From IMG/VR virus record IMGVR_UViG_3300033149_003049, positions 1-30,343 of that record: 30,343 nt of DNA. The stretch is one strand, 5' to 3'. The translations under genes were made by a program, and so were the position numbers. Source of the stretch: a virus. The notes beneath the pieces were generated by a model. That model saw only the letters and a list, made by a program, of their open reading frames with translations, was not told the origin of the DNA and made no database searches. This document shows positions 1 to 8,700 of the stretch, piece after piece (positions within the stretch are counted from its first letter, which is position 1; each line of letters opens with the position of its first letter).

Positions 1-474
1 ATACTCCCCTACTACATTATCTGGATTTTGTCCTGAATGGTATGCCCCCGGCTGCAAAATTCGTTTCTCTTTAACTTGCTCAGGACTTAAACTAGCATCA
101 GGACAGAGAACATGGCTATTAGAAGCTACTAAAATCCTATCTTCCTTATAAACAGGAAATATCCCTAAACTGCCTGCGGAAATAAGCCAGTTTCCTATAC
201 TAACTCCAATAGTTACAGGACGAGTTCTGGCTGTCTTATCTGCTTTTAAAGCTTTTACTTCACCGATTTCAACAACATCTAACCTTGTCTCATTATAATA
301 CCTTGGAATTAAATCCTTTTTACTCACATAATCTACAGGCAGTTTCTTTTTCACATATACTCTAATACCTCTTTGCTCTGTTTCTTTGCCCTTTTCTATT
401 ACTGGTAAAAGTGTATTGGAATGGCCTATATATCCTCTTTTTTCTTTGAGCTGTTTGTGTAGTGCTTTTATCAT
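1..474 (-). CDS. Trypsin-fold (Nal1-like) serine protease, N-terminal part; runs off the left edge; absent from the ORF track
   Basis: ATG at 474 with SD CAGGAGG 6 nt upstream; open to base 1. Translation MIKALHKQLK...IRVYVKKKLP...DLIP...LDVVEIGEVKAL...RTRPVTIGVSIG...AGSLG...ASNSHVL...ILQPG matches the Nal1-like pattern, with SNSHV as the likely catalytic His. Confidence 0.7.
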   Translation of the reverse strand, partial: MIKALHKQLKEKRGYIGHSNTLLPVIEKGKETEQRGIRVYVKKKLPVDYVSKKDLIPRYYNETRLDVVEIGEVKALKADKTARTRPVTIGVSIGNWLISAGSLGIFPVYKEDRILVASNSHVLCPDASLSPEQVKEKRILQPGAYHSGQNPDNVVGEY

Positions 475-492
475 AACTAACCTCCTGCTTTT

Positions 493-780
493 CTACTCAT
501 CCCCCATATGATAGAGGATAAAATCAAACCACTTCTTTCCATATACATACATCTCCCCCCTATATGCATTCTCTGTTCCCTTCATTGGTTGAAGCAGGTC
601 ATAGAAGGGGTAATATTTATAATCAAGCTTAATCCTCCCCCCTTCTTTCCTGATGACAAAATCACCAAAAGGGACTACCACATTACAAGGGTAATAATTT
701 TTTCCTTTTCCATCTTTGATTTCCTTTGTCAAAACATGCTGTTCACCAATGAAAACAGCATAAAGCCCATCATCAATCAT
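493..780 (-). CDS. Hypothetical protein (95 aa)
   Basis: ORF on the coding strand with a G-rich SD; no recognisable motif. Confidence 0.6.
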   Translation of the reverse strand: MIDDGLYAVFIGEQHVLTKEIKDGKGKNYYPCNVVVPFGDFVIRKEGGRIKLDYKYYPFYDLLQPMKGTENAYRGEMYVYGKKWFDFILYHMGDE

Positions 781-842
781 CCCCCTCCCCCTCTATTTCT
801 AGAAATGGTATCCACCCCATTTTTGAGGTCATTTCTACCTCT

Positions 843-980
843 CTATATTATTGTACTCACTTTACCCCATTTCCTTAATGACCCTCTTTCTTCGCCCAAC
901 AACCATCTACAGGATGCACTCACACCAACTGCTAATTTCCACCATTCTTTATCTTTCACATCCTTATTACCTTTCCTCAT
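843..980 (-). CDS. Possible small protein (45 aa, MRKGNKDVKDKEWWKLAVG...)
   Basis: Read manually; fills most of the 781-996 gap; weak SD. Confidence 0.3.
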   Translation of the reverse strand: MRKGNKDVKDKEWWKLAVGVSASCRWLLGEERGSLRKWGKVSTII

Positions 981-996
981 TTTTTAAGAGATAAAC

Positions 997-1308
997 TTAT
1001 ATCTCTATTCCCTCTTTTCGCCATTGTTTTAAATATTTTTTATACCCAGTACTTTCCTCTGTCACTTCTGGTTTACTTGCATCTGCTATGTCATTTAGTA
1101 TCTGAGCAAGACGGTCAATACTAACTGTAATCCACCCCTTAAGTCTCCCTTGGTCATCAGTAACCTCTTCTAAGAGTATCTCACCAGACAGGTGATAGGG
1201 AATTTCTGTTTGGCGGCCATCTATGCTCTTCTTCCTTGCTTTCCACTTTGCCTTTGTTTTATCAATGACATACTTTGAAAGTTTTTGTTTTAATTCTGTT
1301 TTTGTCAT
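997..1308 (-). CDS. Hypothetical protein (103 aa)
   Basis: SD GGAGGGGGGA upstream; co-oriented; no motif recognised. Confidence 0.6.
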   Translation of the reverse strand: MTKTELKQKLSKYVIDKTKAKWKARKKSIDGRQTEIPYHLSGEILLEEVTDDQGRLKGWITVSIDRLAQILNDIADASKPEVTEESTGYKKYLKQWRKEGIEI

Positions 1309-1324
1309 ACTCCCCCCTCCCCTC

Positions 1325-1783
1325 TTAAATTATGAATCTTCTTAAAACAAGACGATAAGTATCGGTAGATGTATTACGAAGCCTCGTGTTAGAGCCAATT
1401 GCTACGAAAGTAATTGTCTTGTCACTTGGTGCCCCACCTATCCATGATGATATATCATCACAGTAGAACTCAAGATGTACTAATGTCGAGTCAACAACTG
1501 CTGTAAAAATGCCATTAACTGCAATTGAATAACTTGCATCTCCTGCTAAGGAAGTATCCACTACTTCACTAAAAGCCCCTGGTTCTGCCCTAGACGAAAT
1601 AGCTGCATCTAAATAAGATGCTCTAGTAGCTGTATAGTCTGCTGCACTTGGAGGAGTATCAGTAATATCTGCTTGCAAGTGGTCTATCTTAGCTGCTCTA
1701 GTATCATCCAAATTAGTCAGTGTTCTCGTAGTATATCCCCAAATTTTTTTTATTAAGCTCTCCCACATTCCATATAAACTCAT
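1325..1783 (-). CDS. Putative minor virion/tail-tip associated protein (152 aa)
   Basis: SD AAGGAG; internal repeat TRAAKID / TRASYLD..ISSR of the kind seen in fibre-stalk segments; beta-rich C-terminus; lies after the tail-tip genes. Confidence 0.5.
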   Translation of the reverse strand: MSLYGMWESLIKKIWGYTTRTLTNLDDTRAAKIDHLQADITDTPPSAADYTATRASYLDAAISSRAEPGAFSEVVDTSLAGDASYSIAVNGIFTAVVDSTLVHLEFYCDDISSWIGGAPSDKTITFVAIGSNTRLRNTSTDTYRLVLRRFII

Positions 1784-1796
1784 TGCATCTACTCCT

Positions 1797-2123
1797 TTAA
1801 GAAATTAACAAACCGCTTACCACAAAAGAAATCAAATCAGCGACGCTCGCTTGACATCTAAGAGTTTCTGGATTTTTTATACTAATACCAGTGATTTGGT
1901 GTGTTTCATGAGCAAGAATTTCCTTGTCATATACAATCCAATCCTCCCCTGTTGCTGTTCCAGATGCATCCGTATGTGCCAAACGATATGTTCTAGTAGA
2001 AGCATCCTGATTACAAATAATTACATTAACTATAGCTTCCTCCCCGCTTGCTGGTGCGTATAATTCTGCCTCTGCAGTATCTGCTGGTCTTAAAGCTGCC
2101 AACCTTTTATATTCTTTTCCCAT
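1797..2123 (-). CDS. Putative small virion structural protein (108 aa)
   Basis: SD AGGAGGAGGT; beta-sandwich-like pattern (LYAPA..IVNVIICN..YRLA..W..D..I.A..ITGI) typical of small genes near tail fibres. Confidence 0.55.
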   Translation of the reverse strand: MGKEYKRLAALRPADTAEAELYAPASGEEAIVNVIICNQDASTRTYRLAHTDASGTATGEDWIVYDKEILAHETHQITGISIKNPETLRCQASVADLISFVVSGLLIS

Positions 2124-2136
2124 TCTACACCTCCTC

Positions 2137-2622
2137 CTACATCATAGCAAAAAAGAATGCTTGAATTTCAACATCAACAGGCAACGGACTGTTAGTTACC
2201 TGCTGCCCAAATTCCACTTTTGTTAAAGTTCCTGATATTACAGGATCATATATAGTCACTGTGGTATCCGTGCCATCATAGCTTGACTCTTTTACATGGC
2301 TATAAACCATGGCGCCATCAACTGTAAGTCTAACTGCCCTTTTATGTGTATAAATGCTAGTGTCATTAACAGCAAGAACCTTAAATTGAGTGCTACTTAC
2401 TTTACTAATAGACTCATTTTCCTCTTGCCACCAATCTGAGCTAGGTGCGCCACTCTTCAAACTCCCATCATCTGCAATACTGACATTTATCCTAGTAGGT
2501 GGATCAGCAGTTGAACCTTTAAGTGGGTCAAGCCATTCATCCACTTTGTCAATAAAACTATTGAGGGTAGTATGCCAAAGAGCATCACCCTTATTTTGCT
2601 TATACTGCGTAAATTCGCCCAT
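2137..2622 (-). CDS. Putative short tail-fibre/tip adaptor protein (161 aa)
   Basis: Coupled to the upstream gene; segment STQFKV..D.TSIY...RAVR....Y..V..SSYDGT.TTVT resembles fibre N-terminal anchoring domains; position. Confidence 0.5.
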   Translation of the reverse strand: MGEFTQYKQNKGDALWHTTLNSFIDKVDEWLDPLKGSTADPPTRINVSIADDGSLKSGAPSSDWWQEENESISKVSSTQFKVLAVNDTSIYTHKRAVRLTVDGAMVYSHVKESSYDGTDTTVTIYDPVISGTLTKVEFGQQVTNSPLPVDVEIQAFFFAMM

Positions 2623-3485
2623 TATAGACTCTCCCTAAAGTTTAATGTTACTTCTGACCAATCTGCAAAAGTTTCAGTCAATGGTGAAACATCTTTAAGC
2701 CTACCATAGAGGGAAGTAAATATTTTCTTACCTCCACTGCCCTTTGGAAATAACTGCAGAATAATATCCTTCCTAATCCCATAACTCCCAATAAGCTCCA
2801 AGAAGTTCTCCCATCTATCAGTTCTTGTAACAGTAGGAAAATGTAATTCTATGTCATATCTTTTAGTCCGCACATACCGAACTGGCTGTCCCCCTTTGGT
2901 ATAATCTACCTTTGTCCTGTCTACCGGGGTAAACCCCCATTTATAGGTGAAATTATTGGTAGGTTCAAAGTAAGAACCTAACATAATTCGCCCCAATTCT
3001 ATATAACCATCTGCATTATCATCATCTGTAAAATACACTCGCCAGTAGCTTGCTGTTATACTGCCTGCACTAAAATAGTATATACGAACATTATCCGTAA
3101 AAACCTCATCCATTTCACTCTCAAGGGGCACGCCACCATAACCGTGTAAACCATAACCCCCCTCACCATACCCCCAAACAGTTTCCCAACCATCAAATGT
3201 TTCATCCAAAAGTAGATTACTAACATAGTCATCACTATTGGTAGCAGTAACCCTAAATGTGCCCTCATAAGTGAGATTATGGTTAATTAGGGCAATCATA
3301 TTTGCTGTAATCGCTGCATTTATGCTAATATATTCCCCTGTAACTGAGGTACTTCGCCAAGTTTTCTTTCTCCTTTGATCTTGTAAATTTGAAACCTCAT
3401 ATCCAGTAGCTTCACTACTAGCTGTAAGAGTAGCTGCATCAAATGCATCGTTATCATAAAGAAATCGTATGTTTGCTATACTCAT
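2622..3485 (-). CDS. Tail-tip/distal-tail-like protein, paralog B (287 aa)
   Basis: Position after tape measure and hub; discoidin-like N-terminus (TASSE..SNL.DQ.RKK.WRS); clear paralog of 3482..4282. Confidence 0.65.
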   Translation of the reverse strand: MSIANIRFLYDNDAFDAATLTASSEATGYEVSNLQDQRRKKTWRSTSVTGEYISINAAITANMIALINHNLTYEGTFRVTATNSDDYVSNLLLDETFDGWETVWGYGEGGYGLHGYGGVPLESEMDEVFTDNVRIYYFSAGSITASYWRVYFTDDDNADGYIELGRIMLGSYFEPTNNFTYKWGFTPVDRTKVDYTKGGQPVRYVRTKRYDIELHFPTVTRTDRWENFLELIGSYGIRKDIILQLFPKGSGGKKIFTSLYGRLKDVSPLTETFADWSEVTLNFRESL

Positions 3486-4282
3486 AAACTCTCCATAAAT
3501 GTAAAACTAAGTGAACTTCTATCTAAATAATCTTCCTGCACCCTTGAGTTTCTTATAATCGACCCATAAAGAGTAGTATGAAGTTTCTTTTTATTATATG
3601 AATCATCAGGAAAGAGTTGTATTACTATATCTTTCCTTCTTCCATACCTTCTTAGAATATCAACCATAAAAGACCAATTTTCTACACTAGCTAAATTCTC
3701 AATCCTTAGCTGAACTTGATATTGCCTACTTTGTATATATGTGATTGGCTGGCCACCTCGTGTATACTTTACTGTGGAGCGGTCTTGTGGAAGAAACTCC
3801 CAATGATATCGAAAATTAACAGCCGGTTCCCAGTAATATGTTACAAATAGTCTACCTAATTCAAAATAACCATCAGGGTTATCAGGATCATAAAAATAAA
3901 CAGTCCAATACCGTGCTTCCGTGGCAGTAAAATAGTTAACATGCACGATTTCTTTTTTTGTATCATCTTGTTCATCCCATACTGTAAGGTAACCTGTATC
4001 TAATATTAAATCTGATGTATAATCAGCATTATCGGTAGCTGTTACCCTCACTTGGCCATTAGCCGTAAGATTATGATTCACTAAAGCCAGGGCATTCGCT
4101 GAAAGTTTTAATTCACCCATGTCCATCCTAATATATTCACTGTCTAATGAAGTACTCCTCCATACTTTCTTCCTCTTTTGGTCTTTAAGATTTGAAGCAG
4201 GAAAACTAGCATTCTCACTACTGGCAGTGAGAGTACAGCTATCAAAAAGATCATTATCATAAAGAAAACGTATACGTCCCAT
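3482..4282 (-). CDS. Tail-tip/distal-tail-like protein, paralog A (266 aa)
   Basis: Same architecture as 2622..3485; ATGA/1-nt couplings on both sides. Confidence 0.65.
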   Translation of the reverse strand: MGRIRFLYDNDLFDSCTLTASSENASFPASNLKDQKRKKVWRSTSLDSEYIRMDMGELKLSANALALVNHNLTANGQVRVTATDNADYTSDLILDTGYLTVWDEQDDTKKEIVHVNYFTATEARYWTVYFYDPDNPDGYFELGRLFVTYYWEPAVNFRYHWEFLPQDRSTVKYTRGGQPITYIQSRQYQVQLRIENLASVENWSFMVDILRRYGRRKDIVIQLFPDDSYNKKKLHTTLYGSIIRNSRVQEDYLDRSSLSFTFMESL

Positions 4283-4283
4283 C

Positions 4284-5741
4284 TTACCCCCAAAGCCTTA
4301 TGGTTGTTTCACTCTCATCATAGTCCTCTTCAACATCAATTAAAACATAATATCCATCTAAATTATATCTATCCCTGCTATATTTTATGTCATCTGATAA
4401 ATTTTTCCCAAAAACTTGAAGATTTATCTTATCAGTAATAATCATCCTCTTCTGCCCAAACAGCGTAAGATATCTAGATGCAAGAGTATCAGCATCATCA
4501 CTATTCCTTAAAAGTGTATCCACCACCTTCTCTTCAGCTAGTACATATAAATTTTTAATCGTGCTATCCTCACTTGAGGTATATCGATACTTCTTCTTCA
4601 ACCACTCTTTCCTATCTAGGCTGACTGAATCTCCAATCCCCGTAGTCTGCACAGTCCAGTTTTTATCATATCCAATAGACGTCTTCCAAAGAATAAGTGG
4701 GTGAAACTCTGCACTAAACGCGCCATCATGCCCCTCCATATCTGTAATTTCTGTATCACTGCTAGACCCAGGGACGTCTATCCGCCATATTTGAAATTTC
4801 CCATCACGACCAATACCATATGCACCTAAGACAGGTATCACAAGCTCATCTAGGACATTTAAGAGAGTAGTTTTACTATCAATATATATCCCAACCTCCC
4901 AAGGCACATCCGTATTAAATTGAGTTAACATGGTAGAGTCTATCTCCGATGCATCAAAAACAGGCTGGGCATATGTTTTAATCAGATATTCAACAATATC
5001 CCCCACCTTATACAAAAAAGTTCCCCCCGGTGTCGCTCCACTCACATCACACGTGACGAACCCACTAGGAGCAGCAGATAATGTAAACGTGCCGTTGGTT
5101 AGGTCCTTACTAGCAATAGTAACAGGAACACCATCATCATAGGCTGCAGTGACATCAGTTATCTGACCATCATGCACCTGATACGTATATGTTGTGTCGT
5201 CTATCAATACAGGAGTAATGTTCTTACAATATCCAAAACATAAAGGTATAGGACTGCCTACATTGCTTGAAGGCATATTAGTAGAAGCTGAAAAAGTATT
5301 TGGGGGTATTTTAGCCTCAAGCCTCTTCTGCCCATCATATACTGGGATTCTTATCTCAGTATCAGTCACCTCAGGGTCTTTCATCTTTCCCTGAAAGATT
5401 GTACCACTTACTGTCCAGTCACGATTACCTGCTTCTATAGTTATATCTTGTCCATTAAAGGTCCACGTAGTAGACCCATTGATATAATCATCAAAAAACC
5501 CGTCCCCATTTTTCAATACCAACTCCCCCCAGCTTATCATACTCCTACCAAAAAGAATTTCTTGCATACTTCTTGCCATCCTAGGAATGCCTACCACATA
5601 CGGTTCATAATACGTTCCATTGTAAACATCTCCATGTGTGCTGAGGTAGAGAGTCTTAGTCTCTGAAGAGCTTTTTACAGTAAGAGTTACATTATACACA
5701 ATGTCTATATCCAGCTTTTTAATCCATTCATCAAAAGTCAT
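4284..5741 (-). CDS. Tail tip / baseplate-hub-like protein (485 aa)
   Basis: Directly follows the tape measure with a 4-nt overlap; G.PIPLCFG.CKNITPVLID motif typical of siphoviral tip proteins. Confidence 0.65.
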   Translation of the reverse strand: MTFDEWIKKLDIDIVYNVTLTVKSSSETKTLYLSTHGDVYNGTYYEPYVVGIPRMARSMQEILFGRSMISWGELVLKNGDGFFDDYINGSTTWTFNGQDITIEAGNRDWTVSGTIFQGKMKDPEVTDTEIRIPVYDGQKRLEAKIPPNTFSASTNMPSSNVGSPIPLCFGYCKNITPVLIDDTTYTYQVHDGQITDVTAAYDDGVPVTIASKDLTNGTFTLSAAPSGFVTCDVSGATPGGTFLYKVGDIVEYLIKTYAQPVFDASEIDSTMLTQFNTDVPWEVGIYIDSKTTLLNVLDELVIPVLGAYGIGRDGKFQIWRIDVPGSSSDTEITDMEGHDGAFSAEFHPLILWKTSIGYDKNWTVQTTGIGDSVSLDRKEWLKKKYRYTSSEDSTIKNLYVLAEEKVVDTLLRNSDDADTLASRYLTLFGQKRMIITDKINLQVFGKNLSDDIKYSRDRYNLDGYYVLIDVEEDYDESETTIRLWG

Positions 5742-8700
5742 ATCACAAACTCCCTTGCCTGTCTGCTCTTATGAAGCCAACGTTTAATTTCCTTACCATC
5801 TAGTTTGATCGGCGCATCTATTATAACCTCTATTGGCCTCCTATTTAATTGTTTAGCCAGCGCTTTTGCGAGCTTGTCATAATCTATCTCAGCCCTGATA
5901 GCTCCCTTTGATAGAGGGATAACTGCCTCTGGCCCAGCCTCAGCGATGGTAGTTATCAAGGGCCTATTCACCAGACCCCCCTCTTGGAGCCCTTGAGGAA
6001 GATAATGCCATTCACGAGACAACGGCGTTTGATACCAACCATGCTCTGCAGCAGTTGCCTCAATAGCACCCCAGCGATATCCCGCCTGCCTAAGGGACTG
6101 TTCGATTTGGGAAATTGTACGGCCAAGTCCTGAGAGTCGTCCAACCTCAGCCCATATTTCCTGTCTTAGACTGGCAGGTGTCTGAAGCCACCATTCTCTT
6201 TGAGGGACATTAAGAGGTACTCCATCCTCCCTTCTAGGTTCAGGTTTCTCCTCTGGTTTTTCAGGCATTAGCAAGTCTACTATTTGGTCTAATCTGTTAT
6301 TAGTCTCACTTATAGCCTGCAAACTATTATTTATACTCTCCAGTCGAGCAGCTAGAGTATCTTCTGCATTTTGAATGGCCCCTTTGAGCACCCCTGCCTG
6401 CATCTCAATCTCTGAAATTTGCTGATTTGAAAAATTAGTTATTTCACCAAGCACAGACAGTACATCTTGCCAGATGTCAATATATGTCTGACTTGACTTA
6501 AACATCTTATTAGCATAATCAAGATAGGTGGTGTAAAAATCCAAGAAAGCCTGAGCAGCTTCAGGCGATGTTAATGCCCCAGCTTTTAACTTTTCATATT
6601 CAGCCCTTATTTGCGGCCAAGCTTGGGCTGGGGTAAGTGGTGATGGTCCACCAAATCTTAACTGTTTCACTGCCTGTATGGCAGATTCATTAACCCTCTT
6701 CCACTCCCTTCTTATGTTCTCAAGTTCACTCAGTCGTTCTCTATAAGTATCAATAACAAACCTTGTCTCCTTTTCTATCTGCTCTCTCCTCTCCTCAAAA
6801 AGCCGCCTTTGGTCTTCTATTTGTTGCCGTATCTCCTCCTCTGGTTTACTTTCCTCTATCCCAGCCAACATTCTCCGTTTAGCCACACCCAACTGTCTAA
6901 TCACCCAATCAATATCCAACCCTAACTGCTGCACCACCTCTTGATGGGCATATACAAAACGGACTGCTGCATCATACCAATCATTCACATCAGCTACTGC
7001 TTTTTCATAATCACTCCTAGTATCTAGCCACTTACTTATAGGCCCCCAAAATGTTGCTGCTAAAGCTTCATTCACCCTATCAATAGAAAGCCCCAACATG
7101 TCTGCTTGTGCTACCATGTCTCGATACCACAAGTCAAGTTTTCTGAATTCATATGCTGGCTCTGATAATGTATATTTAGCAATAATGTCCTCAACATCTG
7201 AAATAAAATCAACTACTGTCGATAAGTATTTATTAACTGTTTGTCCAAATTCTTCTGCTTTCTTTTTAACCTCTTCTTCTTTTAATCCCTGCACCTCACC
7301 TTTATACTTTTCCAGCATATTCACGAGTTCATTAGCGATTTCATCCTTATACACACTAACCAATCCCTCTCCATATTTATCCATTAAGTCCATGATTGTT
7401 TTGGCATATGTAAAAGCAACACCCAGAGAAGGCAATACTTCTCTACTAAGTCTCTCATACAATTTTTTCATTTGTTCATTCCAGCGATGGCCAATCCCAC
7501 CAACCAGCTCTCCAATTTTAGGTAAGCCAAATTTCTCAAATAAATTCACACCAAGTAATCTATTATATTCTTCTACAATTGGCACTGTCCAAGCATTATA
7601 TGTTTGTGATACTAACTCATTGACAAACTGTTTAGCCAGATTTTCCATGTTCTTTTTACCAGCACCAAAAGTCATCTCAATGCTGGGCAATTCTTCAAAC
7701 CTCATTGTTGAAGGAAGAATGTTTTGGTAAAAATCAATCAAATCATCCACAAAACTGCCAAATGCTTGTGTAATCTCATCCATACCCCCCTTTACATCTC
7801 TTTTTTCAATTACTGTTACTCTAGCAAATCTAGTTTTATACATTGCATAAATTTCAGTGTGCTCATCTAAATACTTTTCAATTTCTCTCATATACCCTTC
7901 AACATAATCTAGACTATCACTTAAACCTTTTAGCGATAATTCGGCTGTTCCACGGATAGTTGGCCATGTGCGACCAAAACCAAACAACGCACCTGGCCAT
8001 CCAAAAAACATATACTTTTCCATCCACGAGGGTTTTTCAAGACCAATCCTAGTTGCTGGTATCCCCACTGCACCAGCTCCAACACCCACCCATTCAACTC
8101 TACCTTTAAAAATTGCTCTTGCAATCTCTGCTGATGCAATGATTGCTGTGGCAATCATAGGATGGCCTGTAAACATAGCCGCTGCTGCCCCAACACCACC
8201 AACAGCTCGCCAAGGTTCACCCCTTACCATCCCAGCAATACCATACACAGCAGTGCCTAGTGTTCCTAATAATCCACGAGCACCACCAGCCATTGAGTGC
8301 ATTGACTTGAGCCAATCAGTAATCATCTCTGCTAAAGCACTTGACAATGACCGTCTAATAGCGGCCCAAACACTATTTGCAAAATCCCTAAAAGAAGCAA
8401 ACCCCTGCATAGCTTGGTCTAGAAAATCAGCAATATTTTGCCTTATCTCATACCAAACTGACAGGTATACTTCCTCAACCTCCCCACCACTCTTCTTAAT
8501 CTCCTCATTAACCTCTCTAACTTTCCCTCCATACCTTTCCCAAGCACTAGTAATCCCCCGCACATAAGTTTCCTGTGAAATCATCCCTGCTTCTAGTAGC
8601 TTGTTTAACTTCTTCACCTCTTCCTGATACCGCTCTAGTGGGGTCCTAGTTGCTTTCCACACTGCCTCAGCCTGTTTTTCCATCTCCCCATAAACGCCCC

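Noticed and set aside
795-806. Perfect 12-bp palindrome ATTTCTAGAAAT
   Set aside because: Single, short and AT-rich, with no U-tract or second copy noticed; compatible with chance.
1-4300. Impression of lower GC in the distal tail genes and around the LamG gene (possible module swaps)
   Set aside because: Not quantified; needs a sliding-window GC and codon-usage calculation.
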